Of a DNA stretch of 23,753 bases, positions 7,760-18,042 are shown one piece after another (position 1 is the first letter of the stretch; each line of letters starts with the position of its first letter). The DNA lies in contig CAZEBC010000044.1 of NCBI GenBank assembly GCA_964510165.1, positions 1 through 23,753 on the forward strand, given 5' to 3'. The notes below the pieces were generated by a model that did no database searches, was not told the origin of the DNA, and was given only the letters and a program-made list of their open reading frames with translations. The position numbers were made by a program, and so were the translations under genes. Source of the DNA: an uncultured bacterium (lineage in GTDB: Bacteria; Abyssobacteria; SURF-5).

Positions 7760-9232
7760 TCATAATCCCGCCTCGGCGATCTCTATGGCTCTGACGACCG
7801 CGAGGGCTTTGTTGAGAGTTTCATGATACTCGCTTGTCGGGTCCGAATCGGCCACGATGCCGGCGCCCGCCTGCACATATGCCATATCGTCCTTGATGAG
7901 CAGGGTCCGAATAATGATGCAAGTGTCGAGGTTGCCCGAGAAGCTGAAGTATCCCATGGCGCCTCCGTAAGGTCCGCGTTTATGCGGCTCGAGTTCTTCT
8001 ATGATTTGCATTGCGCGAATCTTCGGGGCGCCGGTGAGCGTGCCCGCCGGGAAGGTGGCGCGGAGCACGTCGAAGCTGTCGCTTTCCTGGCGCAGGCTTC
8101 CTCTCACGTTTGAGACCAGGTGCATCACATGGGAATATTTCTCGACGACGATCAGTTCCGTGACTTGGACGGAACCGAGTCGGGCCACACGGCCGACATC
8201 GTTTCGGCCGAGGTCAACCAGCATGATATGTTCGGCGCGTTCCTTTTCGTCCGACAGCAGGTCGCGTTCAAGTTCGGCGTCGTCGAATTCCTTCAACGCG
8301 CGCGGACGGGTGCCCGCGATCGGGCGCAGGTCTATGACGTCGTCCTCCACACGTACCAGTAATTCGGGCGAGGCGCCGATGAGTTTCAGGTTTCCGAATT
8401 TGAGATAGAACATGTATGGTGACGGGTTGACGGAACGGAGTGCGCGGTAGATGTCGAACGGCGGAGCGCCCACCCGTGTTGAGAACCTTTGCGACAGGAC
8501 CACTTGAAAGATATCGCCGGCCCGGATGTATTCTTTGCCCGCTCTCACGACGGCCTCGAATTCCTCCTGGGTGAAATTTGAGAGCAGTTCCAGTTTCGGT
8601 CGGGGTTTGGGCGGGGTGTACTTCGGATAGTTGAGCGGCTTGTGGAGGGCGCTCACCATCTCGTCTATGTGGCGAGTAGCCTCACGATAGGCGCGTTCCG
8701 GGTTTCCATCCACCCTTGCATTGCAGACCGCCATAATATGATGGTTTACATGGTCAAATATGAGAATTTTGTCAGTAATTACGAAATAGATGTCGGGCAG
8801 TCCTAGGTCATCATTCTTCAGGTCGGGCAATTCCTCGAAGAATCGGGCAGCATCGTATCCGACGTAGCCGACGGCGCCTCCGAAGAACCTAGGCATTCCC
8901 TCGACCGGGACTGGTTTGTATCGCTGCATCAGTTCCTTGAGAGAGGAGAGCGGATCGTCGGCTTTGAGACTTGTGGACAGGCCGTTCTCGGTAATGGTCA
9001 CGTTGTTGCCCTTAGCCTGAAAGATGACCATGGGATTGGACCCAAGGAACGAATACTGGGCGATCTTATCGCCGCCCTCGACGCTTTCCAGAAGGAACGA
9101 ATGACTTCCCGAATCGATCTTGAGGAAGGCCGAAACGGGGGTCTCCAGGTCAGCAAGGACCCGACGGTAGACGGGGATCAGGTTACCCTCGGAAGATTTC
9201 TGCTTGAACTCTTCCCATGTGGGCGTATACAT
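7760..9232 (-). CDS. trpE: Anthranilate synthase component I
   Basis: [17 protein letters not shown] and NPSPYM (Trp feedback motifs), [63 protein letters not shown]. Confidence 0.95.
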   Translation of the reverse strand: MYTPTWEEFKQKSSEGNLIPVYRRVLADLETPVSAFLKIDSGSHSFLLESVEGGDKIAQYSFLGSNPMVIFQAKGNNVTITENGLSTSLKADDPLSSLKELMQRYKPVPVEGMPRFFGGAVGYVGYDAARFFEELPDLKNDDLGLPDIYFVITDKILIFDHVNHHIMAVCNARVDGNPERAYREATRHIDEMVSALHKPLNYPKYTPPKPRPKLELLSNFTQEEFEAVVRAGKEYIRAGDIFQVVLSQRFSTRVGAPPFDIYRALRSVNPSPYMFYLKFGNLKLIGASPELLVRVEDDVIDLRPIAGTRPRALKEFDDAELERDLLSDEKERAEHIMLVDLGRNDVGRVARLGSVQVTELIVVEKYSHVMHLVSNVRGSLRQESDSFDVLRATFPAGTLTGAPKIRAMQIIEELEPHKRGPYGGAMGYFSFSGNLDTCIIIRTLLIKDDMAYVQAGAGIVADSDPTSEYHETLNKALAVVRAIEIAEAGL

Positions 9233-9236
9233 GCGC

Positions 9237-9623
9237 CTATTCTTTCCTTCCGTAAACGTCTTCTGGGTTGAACATGCGCAACCCTACGATTTCCCATTTC
9301 GAACCTGCGGCCTTTTTGTGAAAACAGGTCCTGTAGCCTTCGTGGCAGGCGGCGCCCTTCTGTCGGACCTTGACGAGGATGGTGTCGGAATCGCAATCGG
9401 TAAAGACTGCTTCAACGGTTTGGCTGTTGCCCGATGTTTCGCCCTTGCACCACAGCTTCTTGCGGGACCGGCTGTAGAAATAGGTTCTGCCGCTTTGCAT
9501 TGTCAGTGAGAGGGCCTCGCGGTTCATGTAGGCAAGCATCAACACCTCGCCGGTGTCGCTTTCCTGCACGATGGCCGGCATAAGTCCGTCACGGTCGAAT
9601 TTGAGGTCGTCGAGCATTTTCAT
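9237..9623 (-). CDS. hisI: Phosphoribosyl-AMP cyclohydrolase (monofunctional)
   Basis: [51 protein letters not shown] overlap with the hisF stop. Confidence 0.95.
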   Translation of the reverse strand: MKMLDDLKFDRDGLMPAIVQESDTGEVLMLAYMNREALSLTMQSGRTYFYSRSRKKLWCKGETSGNSQTVEAVFTDCDSDTILVKVRQKGAACHEGYRTCFHKKAAGSKWEIVGLRMFNPEDVYGRKE

Positions 9624-10390
9624 TTTTGCACTGCGTCTCTCACGCAGACGCCGCGCTGCCTGAGGTATTCCTTGGCTTCCTTCACGCTATAGGTCTGGTA
9701 GTGAAATATCGATGCGGCTAAGACCGCGTCGGCTTTTCCCTCCGCAAGGGCGTCATAAAGATGTTCGAGAGTCCCGGCGCCACCCGAGGCGATGACGGGG
9801 ATCGACACGCGTTCGGAGACGGCGCGGGTCAACTCGATGTCAAACCCCTTTTGCGTCCCGTCGTAATCCATGCTTGTAAGCAGGATTTCGCCGGCTCCAA
9901 GCTTGTCCACGCGTTCGGCCCACTGAAGAGCATCAATGCCGGTCGGAGTTCGCCCTCCGTGCGTGAATACCTCAAAGCTTCCCTCGGGAGTCCGCTTCGC
10001 ATCTATGGCAACCACTATGCATTGGCTGCCGAACCGTTCCGAAGACCGTGTGACGAGTTGTGGGTCGTTCACCGCCGCCGTGTTGATTGATATCTTGTCG
10101 GCGCCCGCTCGGAGCAGTTCGCGAATATCCTCAATTGTCCGGATTCCTCCGCCGACTGTGAGGGGCATGAAGACCTGTTCCGCCGTCCGCCTGACGACGG
10201 ACAGCATGATACTGCGCCGCTCGTACGAGGCGGTGATGTCAAGAAAGACAAGCTCGTCCGCCTGTTCGGAGTCATACCGTTTTGCTATCTCGACGGGGTC
10301 GCCCGCGTCGCGCAGGCCGACGAAGTTCACTCCCTTGACTACGCGGCCATCTTTGACATCAAGACAGGGGATGATTCTCTTCGCAAGCAT
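9620..10390 (-). CDS. hisF: Imidazole glycerol phosphate synthase cyclase subunit
   Basis: [69 protein letters not shown]. Confidence 0.97.
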   Translation of the reverse strand: MLAKRIIPCLDVKDGRVVKGVNFVGLRDAGDPVEIAKRYDSEQADELVFLDITASYERRSIMLSVVRRTAEQVFMPLTVGGGIRTIEDIRELLRAGADKISINTAAVNDPQLVTRSSERFGSQCIVVAIDAKRTPEGSFEVFTHGGRTPTGIDALQWAERVDKLGAGEILLTSMDYDGTQKGFDIELTRAVSERVSIPVIASGGAGTLEHLYDALAEGKADAVLAASIFHYQTYSVKEAKEYLRQRGVCVRDAVQK

Positions 10391-10421
10391 ACGACTTTCC
10401 TACTACATGAAAGAAAACATC

Positions 10422-10994
10422 TCAGAAGTGTTCATGGCCGGAGTCCCTTGGCTTGGGCGTCTTGCTTGCGATTATCTTATCGACCGATATCAAGATGTCC
10501 GCAATGTTGTTGAGGCCGAGTCCGCCTTGCAGGCAGTTGGTAATCTCCCGCTGGACGGTTTCGCCGGCCGCCTTGAGGTTTTGCTCGGACCACACACTGA
10601 TCGAGGCGCGCACGCGGAGGCTCTTCCGGTCGCGTGTCGTGGCGACGCGCGTGCGGATATTGTTGACGACCGGTCGCTCGGCAAAGTATTTCGAGATATA
10701 ATCCTCGATCGCCCGCAAGGAGATGTTGATCGGCCCTTTCTCGCTTTCAAACGTGAACGACGCGGCGGAATCGGGAGGCTGCCCCGAGAGGCTATACAGA
10801 ACCAGACTGACAAGAAAAGACAGGAATCCGCCAGCGATGAAAGCGAGGGGCATGCTGATCTTGTTTATCCAATGGATGACCATGGAAGTGAACTCATGGT
10901 TCAGCGACATGATCCCAGCGAGAATCAGGCATATCGCGAGGAGAAAAAACGCGGTCGAAAAAAGTATCAGGACAGTCGTCTTGATAAATCGCAT
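10422..10994 (-). CDS. amaP: Alkaline shock response membrane anchor protein AmaP-like (two TM helices plus Asp23-like cytoplasmic domain)
   Basis: Two N-terminal hydrophobic helices, then SEKGPINISLRAIED...VQREI...LGL pattern. Start ATG 10994 overlaps the upstream TAA (TAATG). Position near aroQ and the peptidase fits known synteny. Confidence 0.7.
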   Translation of the reverse strand: MRFIKTTVLILFSTAFFLLAICLILAGIMSLNHEFTSMVIHWINKISMPLAFIAGGFLSFLVSLVLYSLSGQPPDSAASFTFESEKGPINISLRAIEDYISKYFAERPVVNNIRTRVATTRDRKSLRVRASISVWSEQNLKAAGETVQREITNCLQGGLGLNNIADILISVDKIIASKTPKPRDSGHEHF

Positions 10995-12085
10995 TACGGC
11001 CCCTTCCCTTTCGCCTGGGATTTCAACTCCGCCGGTTTTGCGGAGCCGGTCAATCGCCGGCAACCATTGTCAGTCACGACAACCATATCCTCAATTCGCA
11101 CCCCGCCGATTCCGTCAATATAAATGCCCGGCTCAACCGTAAACACCATGCCGGGCTTGACGCCGCCTTTTCCGAGTCGCGAGATGACGGGCGATTCGTG
11201 CACTTCCAAGCCCACGCCATGCCCGAGACCGTGACCGAACAACTCACCATATCCCCGCTCGGAGATGAAGTTTCGCGCCACCGCATCAATATCGGCGCAT
11301 GGCATGTCTGGCCGGATTGCGTCTATCGCGGACGCCTGCGCATTTTCGACGATCTCATAGATTTCAAGTATCTGCGGCCTCTCAATTTTATCTATCCACA
11401 CAGTCCTTGTCAAGTCGGAGTGGTAGCCCTCGAACTGCGCTCCTATATCTATGACAATCGGTTCTCCGGCCCGGATGACGCGGTCGGAGGCCGCGCCATG
11501 CGGCATTGCCGAGCGAGGTCCGGAGGCGACTATGAGGTCAAACGCCTCCTTCTTTCCGCCCAGGGAACGAAGCAGGGCATTGAGCCGGTCGGCAACCTGT
11601 TTCTCGGTCATTCCCGGCGTGATCTCACGAAAGGTCTGCTCCATGGCTGCGTCCGCGACCAAAGCGGCCTTTTCTATGAGACCAATTTCCACCTCGTTCT
11701 TGATTGCCCTGAGGTCCTCGACCCAGTTATTCGTAGGAACCATCTCGATAGAATCAAGGCTTTTCAGTTGCGCATAATTCCGATAGGTGAGGTGGGCGGA
11801 CTCAAAGGCCAGTTTCGCGATGCCATGCTCCTTGACCTGTGCGGCGACTGCGTCCTCGACAGGCCCCTTGATTTCCACGAAATCGAAGTCGCTCACTTCC
11901 TGATGTACCTGAGTTCGATAGCGGAAATCGGTGAGGATCGCAGAGTGTTCGCGCGAGATTATGAGAACCGCCAGCGAACCCGAAAAGCCTGACAAATAGC
12001 GGTAGTTGGGATAGCTGTAGCAGATGAAGGCGTCGGCGCCCGTCTCTTTCAGTTTCTGTTGGATCGCTTCGACTCTCTCCCTCAC
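10994..12085 (-). CDS. Xaa-Pro aminopeptidase (M24 family, creatinase-N domain)
   Basis: NYRYLSGFSGS, TDFRY, IVASGPRSAMPHG, IDIG, SDLTRT, HGLGHGVGLEVHE, TVEPGIY, GVRIED; GTG start overlaps the aroQ stop (GTGA). Confidence 0.95.
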   Translation of the reverse strand: MRERVEAIQQKLKETGADAFICYSYPNYRYLSGFSGSLAVLIISREHSAILTDFRYRTQVHQEVSDFDFVEIKGPVEDAVAAQVKEHGIAKLAFESAHLTYRNYAQLKSLDSIEMVPTNNWVEDLRAIKNEVEIGLIEKAALVADAAMEQTFREITPGMTEKQVADRLNALLRSLGGKKEAFDLIVASGPRSAMPHGAASDRVIRAGEPIVIDIGAQFEGYHSDLTRTVWIDKIERPQILEIYEIVENAQASAIDAIRPDMPCADIDAVARNFISERGYGELFGHGLGHGVGLEVHESPVISRLGKGGVKPGMVFTVEPGIYIDGIGGVRIEDMVVVTDNGCRRLTGSAKPAELKSQAKGKGP

Positions 12086-12516
12086 TTTTCCGCTCCTTGT
12101 ACGAGCGCATCGAGGGCCAACAAATACCCCAGAGCGCCGAATCCGGCGATGACGCCCTTGCAGACGGGCGCGGTCATGGAATGTCGGCGGAACTCTTCAC
12201 GCGCGTGAACGTTCGAGAGATGAACCTCGACGGTCGGAATGCCAGATGCCGCAATGGCGTCGCGTATCGCAACGCTTGTATGCGTGAATGCGGCCGGGTT
12301 GATAATTATCCCTTCACACTTTCCGGCGGCGCGACCGATTTCATCAACGATCTCGCCCTCGTGATTCGATTGGAACGAACTGACGGTCACGCCCAGCGAC
12401 TTGGCGTGGTCACGGATTCTTCGGTTGATTTGTTTCAGGCTGGCGCCGCCATATATCTGCGGTTCTCGCTTTCCCAGCAGATCGAGGTTCGGCCCATGGA
12501 TCACGAGTATCTTCAT
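12082..12516 (-). CDS. aroQ: Type II 3-dehydroquinate dehydratase
   Basis: HGPNLDLLGKREPQIYG, FQSNHEGE, INPAAFTHTSVAIRDA, EVHLSNVHAREEFR. Confidence 0.96.
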   Translation of the reverse strand: MKILVIHGPNLDLLGKREPQIYGGASLKQINRRIRDHAKSLGVTVSSFQSNHEGEIVDEIGRAAGKCEGIIINPAAFTHTSVAIRDAIAASGIPTVEVHLSNVHAREEFRRHSMTAPVCKGVIAGFGALGYLLALDALVQGAEK

Positions 12517-12530
12517 GTGACTTCTCCCGT

Positions 12531-14585
12531 TCAGTATTCCCTGTAATGTTTTCGCAGTTCCGCCGCCACACTGGTTTCTTGATTGGCCTGTTCTTCAAAT
12601 CCAAGGTTGGTATAGATTTGGGCAAGTTGTTCATGGAATTCCGGGTTAACCGGGAAATTCGCCGAGGCCTGTCGTTCGGCTTCTATAGCCTTATCGTAAT
12701 ATCTGGTCTGGCCCGTCGCGTTTGCGCGGGCCCAGTAAGCCATTGCCAGGGAGTGGTGCGCGTAGGGAGATAGGGGACTGAGGTGGATTGCACGCCGAAG
12801 TTCCGTGATAGATTTGTCCAGGAACGACGGCGACCTTGTCATGTGTGATAATCGAAGGTAGCTGTCTCCCAGCATACGATGTGTATCGGAATCGAGGGGA
12901 AAATACTTGGCGGCTCTTTCGAGCAGCGTAACGCTCTCCCCCAGAGCCTGCAGTTGGGTTTCGGGGTCGGTCTTGAATCCGCGCCGAAGAGCAAACTGGT
13001 TGGGAAACGCGCTGTTCCTTATCTTGTCCGCTCGAGCGTAGAGGTGTGTCGCCGCATAGGACCTGCCGAGTGGCACAAGCAACAGACACAAGAGGCCGAT
13101 CAGAAGCGCGGCGGGCGCTGCCGGAAAAGGGATGGAGAACTTATCATCTCGCTCTGAAGGAATGGCGACGAGAAGTCCGAGCAACGCAAACACAATATAA
13201 GCGAGCGTGGGTTCATAAAGCGAAAAGTCAATCAGACTATTCACGAGGAATCCGATTATCGCGGCGCCAAGCCCGCAGATGATTCCCCGCATTCCACAAG
13301 AGGCCCCTCGCCATTTTTGCCAGAATGTGTAAAGAAACACCATCCACAAGCCGACAAATGCATTCAGCCCCAGGATGCCCGTCTCGGCCCATATCTGAAG
13401 ATAATTATTGTGCGCCAACCGGGTCGGATATCCTCCCTGAATCATGTAACGCGGATATGCCTTCTCAAAAGCGCCCCACCCGATCCCGAGCCATGGGTTA
13501 TCTTGTACCATGTTCAAGGTAGCCTTCCAGTATGAGAACCGCTGGGTGACGGTGAGGGTATCCTTTAACCTCGAGAAGAACGAGGTCTCGCGCACGATAA
13601 GCTTGTCGACTGGAACTGCCTCGACGGGACCCAGCATGAGAAAGAGGACAAGCGCCGCGCCCGCCACTACAATTGCACTGTTTGAGGCAGACCGTCGGGC
13701 GCCGACCCCTATCGCGGCAAAGAGCGCCACGATTACAATGGCGCTCAAGAAGCCACCCCGCGATTGAGTGAGCCAGAGGTTCCACGGTATCAGGACGCTT
13801 GAAGCCGCGAACAGCAGCAAGACTAATAACCCCGCAACGCGCGTGGCCAGGGGGAGTTCCATGGAGGATTTCGCGAAACGCTTCAATGGGTCATACATAC
13901 TCCAGAGCCAGCCCATCGTCAGCGCCCCCGCCATGGCCAGGAAGAGGGCATACGTGTTCGGATGCAGGAATGTGGAGAAAATACGAGTGGATTCGAGCCT
14001 GTGGAGAACGCCGGTGTCAATTGGGATGCCCGGGAGCATCTGGGGGTCGCGAGACTGAAGAGCGGCCTGGATGAACTGGCGCGTCATGTCGAGCGTCCGA
14101 TAATTCTGGTACAATCCATAAAGGTTGGCCAAGAAAGCGGAAACGAGAATCGCGCCAACGGCGATTTTGACAGATGAGTCTTCCCGAAAATTATTCGCGA
14201 TCACCAATAGTAACAGCGTATAGCTCACAATTTCATAGATATATCGAAGTGTGAGGCCCTTATCAACCGATATGAAGAACGTAATGGAGCACGCTCCCAC
14301 AAACGCGATCGCGAATCCGGTCACGAGCCGATTGTGGAGTTCGAGCACGCGCTTCCTCCAGCATTTCACCAGCCAAAACACTGCAAGGATGGTGACGAAG
14401 ATGTGGAAGAAATGATTAAAGTGCGGGTACGTGCGTCCTGAGAGGAAAGGCCTGAAGAACAAGACCAGAATGACACCGGCGAACACCAGGTTATCAGCCC
14501 ACTCGTGGAGCGGGTCGCGGCGTTCCCCGTGCGGAGAATTTTCAGCAAGCGCGGAAAGATGTCTTTTTTTAGTTCTACGGCTCAT
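12531..14585 (-). CDS. O-antigen ligase / O-oligosaccharyltransferase family (Wzy_C) membrane protein with C-terminal TPR-like region
   Basis: Many TM segments; RIFSTFLHPN, TQSRGG, QRFSYWK, PWLGIGWG, AHNNYLQIWAETGILG; C-terminal helical repeats (LERAAKYFPLD, LRRAIHLSPLSPYAHHSLA, FPVNPEFHEQLA). Confidence 0.85.
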   Translation of the reverse strand: MSRRTKKRHLSALAENSPHGERRDPLHEWADNLVFAGVILVLFFRPFLSGRTYPHFNHFFHIFVTILAVFWLVKCWRKRVLELHNRLVTGFAIAFVGACSITFFISVDKGLTLRYIYEIVSYTLLLLVIANNFREDSSVKIAVGAILVSAFLANLYGLYQNYRTLDMTRQFIQAALQSRDPQMLPGIPIDTGVLHRLESTRIFSTFLHPNTYALFLAMAGALTMGWLWSMYDPLKRFAKSSMELPLATRVAGLLVLLLFAASSVLIPWNLWLTQSRGGFLSAIVIVALFAAIGVGARRSASNSAIVVAGAALVLFLMLGPVEAVPVDKLIVRETSFFSRLKDTLTVTQRFSYWKATLNMVQDNPWLGIGWGAFEKAYPRYMIQGGYPTRLAHNNYLQIWAETGILGLNAFVGLWMVFLYTFWQKWRGASCGMRGIICGLGAAIIGFLVNSLIDFSLYEPTLAYIVFALLGLLVAIPSERDDKFSIPFPAAPAALLIGLLCLLLVPLGRSYAATHLYARADKIRNSAFPNQFALRRGFKTDPETQLQALGESVTLLERAAKYFPLDSDTHRMLGDSYLRLSHMTRSPSFLDKSITELRRAIHLSPLSPYAHHSLAMAYWARANATGQTRYYDKAIEAERQASANFPVNPEFHEQLAQIYTNLGFEEQANQETSVAAELRKHYREY

Positions 14586-15705
14586 TCCCCGATGGACCCG
14601 TCTGTTCCCTGATCCGCTTCTCGCGGTCGGCGATCATCAGGATGATGATGATTGCGAAAATGCCCAGCGTCTGCACGAGCAAGGTGACCGCTCCCAGAAG
14701 CCCCAGGTATCTCAGCAACGTAGCGCCGAGGCCGACCGCGAAAGAGACCAGATAGATGAAGATGACCGCATCGCGCTTGCTCATGCCCAAATGGACAAGC
14801 CTATGGGAAAAGTGGCGGTTGTCGCCGATGTAGAGAGGCAGGCCCGCCCGCCAGCGCAGATAGACCACGCCAATCGTGTCGAAGAGCGGGACGCCCAGTA
14901 TGAAAACCGGGGTGAAGAGGGCCCACGGGCTCATGTGGTCCTGTATGTAAAAGGTGCTTATCACCGTGAGCGAAGCCAGCACAAACCCGATGAACATTGC
15001 GCCCGCGTCACCCATGAATATCCTTGCCGGACTGAAATTATATCGGAGGAACCCAAGGAGCGTTCCCGCCAGCGCGAGCAAGATCACACACGTCAGCGTC
15101 TGGTTCAGGGGAAGCGCCACGAAAAAGAATATCATGGCGGCAATAAAGGCCACTCCCCCACACAGCCCGTCCATATTGTCCATGAAATTGAAGCTGTTCA
15201 CGATCAAGAGCACCCACAGAACCGTTGCGGCCGATGTGAGAACGGGAGAGGAAATGAACATCTCCAGCCGCACTCCGAACAGCAGGAGCACGATTGCGGC
15301 TATGAACTGGACCGCGAACTTTACCCGAGCACGGAGCGCATACACGTCATCAGCCAGGCCCGCGACAAAGATCAGGCTGCCGCCAAGCACGATTCCCAGC
15401 GCCCGAAGCACCGCCGGCCGCTCGCCCAGCGCGACCGAATAATGCAGGTGCCTGGCAGTCTTATCCAGGATGGCAAATTGTCCTCTGAATTCATGAAGCA
15501 GCCACAAGTGAGCGGCAAGCACTCCAAGGAACGACAGATAAATCGCAGCGCCACCCAGATAAGGGACCGGCCGCTCATGGTCCTTGCGTCCCGCGGGTCG
15601 GTCATAGAATCTCAGGCGATGGGAGAGCCATATCATGAGTCTGGTCAATCCCAGGGAGAGAGCCGTCGAAACCGCGAATATGTATATGTAAATCAGATAC
15701 CACAT
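14575..15705 (-). CDS. Undecaprenyl-phosphate N-acetylhexosamine-1-phosphate transferase (WecA/TagO-like, MraY family)
   Basis: YDRPAGRKDH..PVPYLGG, GLADD, NSFNFMDNMDGL, IFMGDAG, PLFDT, GDNRHFSHRL. Confidence 0.92.
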   Translation of the reverse strand: MWYLIYIYIFAVSTALSLGLTRLMIWLSHRLRFYDRPAGRKDHERPVPYLGGAAIYLSFLGVLAAHLWLLHEFRGQFAILDKTARHLHYSVALGERPAVLRALGIVLGGSLIFVAGLADDVYALRARVKFAVQFIAAIVLLLFGVRLEMFISSPVLTSAATVLWVLLIVNSFNFMDNMDGLCGGVAFIAAMIFFFVALPLNQTLTCVILLALAGTLLGFLRYNFSPARIFMGDAGAMFIGFVLASLTVISTFYIQDHMSPWALFTPVFILGVPLFDTIGVVYLRWRAGLPLYIGDNRHFSHRLVHLGMSKRDAVIFIYLVSFAVGLGATLLRYLGLLGAVTLLVQTLGIFAIIIILMIADREKRIREQTGPSGNEP

Positions 15706-15738
15706 GCGCGCCTCTCACGCTACAGACATGCAGTTTCA

Positions 15739-15767
15739 ATGTTAGCACACATCGGCGGCGCAATCAA
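15739..15767 (-). promoter_or_regulatory. Putative internal sigma70 promoter upstream of the WecA-like gene
   Basis: TTGATT (15767-15762), 17-nt spacer, TAACAT (15744-15739) with extended -10 TG; sits in the largest gap (58 bp) of the run. Confidence 0.5.
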
Positions 15768-16888
15768 ACTTTCGGACGGGCCAAAACCCTCCGATAAACA
15801 GCTTCCACGCGCTCACACATCCGTTCGAGCGAGAACTCGCTGTGTGCTCGTTTCTGAGCAAATTCGCCCATCTCCCTTCTGCGGTCTGGGTCGGCCAGCA
15901 GCCTATTTATGCGATTCGCCAGCGCAGGGGAATCGGCGGGAGGAACCACAAAACCGGTCATGCCGTCGATGTTGACGAATTCGACACCCGTTCCCAGTCG
16001 CGTGCTGACAACCGGTTTTGCGCATACATGCGCCTCAAGCTGCACCAGTCCGTACGCCTCGCTTCGGTAAACCGACGGAAGCACAAAGAGAGAGCAGGCA
16101 TGGAAGAAAACGGCGAGGTCCTGTTCGGTCAGTTCACCCATGAAATGCACTTTTTCGGTCACGCGGTAATTGGCGGCCAGCATCTTCAGGTCGCGCTCCA
16201 TGGGACCACTTCCGACGACAACGAGAGGAACATCAATATTTGGCATGGCTTCTATCAGAAATTGCAGCCCTTTGTAATACCTCAGCTTGCCGACAAACAG
16301 TATGAATTCTCGGCCAAAGAGGTTTCGAAGCCTGTCTATTTCCGGCTTCATGCTGATGCCTACCTCATCAAACATACGGGTATCTATGCCAAGGGGAATG
16401 ACCTCGCACTTGTCCTTCACGACGCTAAGGAAAGGGGAAGTCTCCATGTAAATCGGAGAGGTGGGCATGATGGCGTCGGCCCGGGCAAGAAATTTTCGAA
16501 GGAACGGCCGGTAAAACCCGAGAAGAAACTCCTGCCGAACGATGTCGCTGTGATAAGTGGCCACCAGCTTGCCCGATGGATTCACGAGCAAATGAGAGAA
16601 CTCACCAGTGGGATTCGGCACGTGATAATGAAGGATATCGGCTTTGGTCCTTTTAAGCCAGAGAGGAAACGACGGGGGAAGCGGCGCAGATTGCAGGCGT
16701 CCGAGCTGGCCCACCTTCGTGACCTTGACGCCGTCTATGGTTTCAGTGCGGGTCGTCAACCCGTGATTACAGACAAGGACTTCGACCTCGTGCTCGCGCT
16801 TGAAATGATTGCACAACTGTGCTATGTGCTTCTCTATTCCTCCGACTACGGGGGGGTAGTAATCCTTGTATACGTGAACGATCTTCAT
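15764..16888 (-). CDS. Glycosyltransferase, GT4 (GT-B fold)
   Basis: HVYKDYYPPVVGGIE, YHSDIVRQ, FVGKLRYYKG, SEAYGLVQLEA (ExxxxxxxE). Confidence 0.92.
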   Translation of the reverse strand: MKIVHVYKDYYPPVVGGIEKHIAQLCNHFKREHEVEVLVCNHGLTTRTETIDGVKVTKVGQLGRLQSAPLPPSFPLWLKRTKADILHYHVPNPTGEFSHLLVNPSGKLVATYHSDIVRQEFLLGFYRPFLRKFLARADAIMPTSPIYMETSPFLSVVKDKCEVIPLGIDTRMFDEVGISMKPEIDRLRNLFGREFILFVGKLRYYKGLQFLIEAMPNIDVPLVVVGSGPMERDLKMLAANYRVTEKVHFMGELTEQDLAVFFHACSLFVLPSVYRSEAYGLVQLEAHVCAKPVVSTRLGTGVEFVNIDGMTGFVVPPADSPALANRINRLLADPDRRREMGEFAQKRAHSEFSLERMCERVEAVYRRVLARPKV

Positions 16889-18042
16889 CGGGCCTCGTGA
16901 AGCGTGCGGGCGTACACCTCGGCGGTCTTCCTGGCGGTGCTCATCCAGGAGAAGCGGCTTGCCCGCCGCGGCCCGCGTTCAGAAAAGTCTTTATGAATGG
17001 CCTCGTCGGAACACACTTTCTGTAACGCGTCCGCAATAGAGTCGACCGAAAAGGGGTCCACCAACAGCGCGTCTTCTCCCAGTATCTCGGGCAGTGAAGA
17101 GGCATTGGAAGCTATCACGGGCGTGCCGCATGACATGGCCTCGAGGCAGGGCAATCCGAATCCTTCGTAGAGTGACGGATAAGCGAAGGCGCGCGCCATG
17201 CTGTAAAGCGCAGCCAAGTCGGACCGCTCGACGAAGCCCGGGAATCGCACCCGGTCCGACAGATTCAGCGCATTGACCTCGCGGAATATCTGGTCGAAGA
17301 GCCAGCCTCTCCTGCCGGCTATGACCAAATGATGAGGAAAACCCTTGGACACTATCCCGTAATCGAAAGCCCGTATCAACCTTGTGATATTCTTCCTCGG
17401 TTCCAGGGTTCCAACATAAAGAATGTAATGTTCCGGTAAGGCATAACGGCTTCGTAACCGGTTGCGCTCAGCCCCATCTGTGACGTGATAAAAGCGCACC
17501 GGATCAACCCCCAAATGCACAGTGCGGACGCTTCCGTCGTCCATCCGAAAATTTTTTAGTATGTCTCGTCTGGTCGCTTCAGAATCGGCGATGATGGAGG
17601 AGCAGTGCCTTGCGCTTTGAGGTATCACCCGCCGGTAGTAGAACCTCCTGAGTATAGGGAAAGTCTCCGGATACAGCGAGAAACATAGATCATGCACGGT
17701 CAGCACCGAGGGCAAGTGGGACGTAAGAGAGGCGATGAACGAGGGAAAATGGAATACATCAACCCCAAGCTCTCGTATCCGGCGCGGCAGAGCGGATTGC
17801 CGCCAAAGCGCCTGGGCGGCAGGTCGGCTTGCTCCCCGAACCTCCACAACGCGTATATTCGGGTACTCGAACATCGCTGGATGCTCAAGGTGTTCCCGAT
17901 AGCCGGAGGGGCAGAAAAGGATATACTCGTTCTCGCTGTCGACACGCCCCAGAAACTCTATGAGTTTCTGCGTGTAATATCCAGTCCCGCTGCGGTTCGT
18001 TATGGTTGTCGCGTCTATGCCAATACGCATCGTCACTCTCAT
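16885..18042 (-). CDS. Glycosyltransferase, GT4 (MtfB/WbpY mannosyltransferase-like)
   Basis: MRIGIDA, TVHDL, YVGTLEPRKN, YPSLYEGFGLPCLEAMSCG. Start 18042 (ATGA overlap) or 18030. Confidence 0.92.
   Translation of the reverse strand: MRVTMRIGIDATTITNRSGTGYYTQKLIEFLGRVDSENEYILFCPSGYREHLEHPAMFEYPNIRVVEVRGASRPAAQALWRQSALPRRIRELGVDVFHFPSFIASLTSHLPSVLTVHDLCFSLYPETFPILRRFYYRRVIPQSARHCSSIIADSEATRRDILKNFRMDDGSVRTVHLGVDPVRFYHVTDGAERNRLRSRYALPEHYILYVGTLEPRKNITRLIRAFDYGIVSKGFPHHLVIAGRRGWLFDQIFREVNALNLSDRVRFPGFVERSDLAALYSMARAFAYPSLYEGFGLPCLEAMSCGTPVIASNASSLPEILGEDALLVDPFSVDSIADALQKVCSDEAIHKDFSERGPRRASRFSWMSTARKTAEVYARTLHEAR

Noticed and set aside
9233..10421. trp/his attenuator or T-box
   Set aside because: Gaps are 4 and 31 bp; no Trp/His-rich leader peptide or terminator hairpin.
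9936..11123. 395-aa plus-strand ORF (likewise 15842-16900 and the other short track ORFs)
   Set aside because: Antisense or alternate-frame shadows of well-supported genes; no recognisable domains.
14431..15975. 514-aa plus-strand ORF
   Set aside because: Antisense shadow of the WecA-like gene; no motifs; long shadows are expected in GC-rich DNA.
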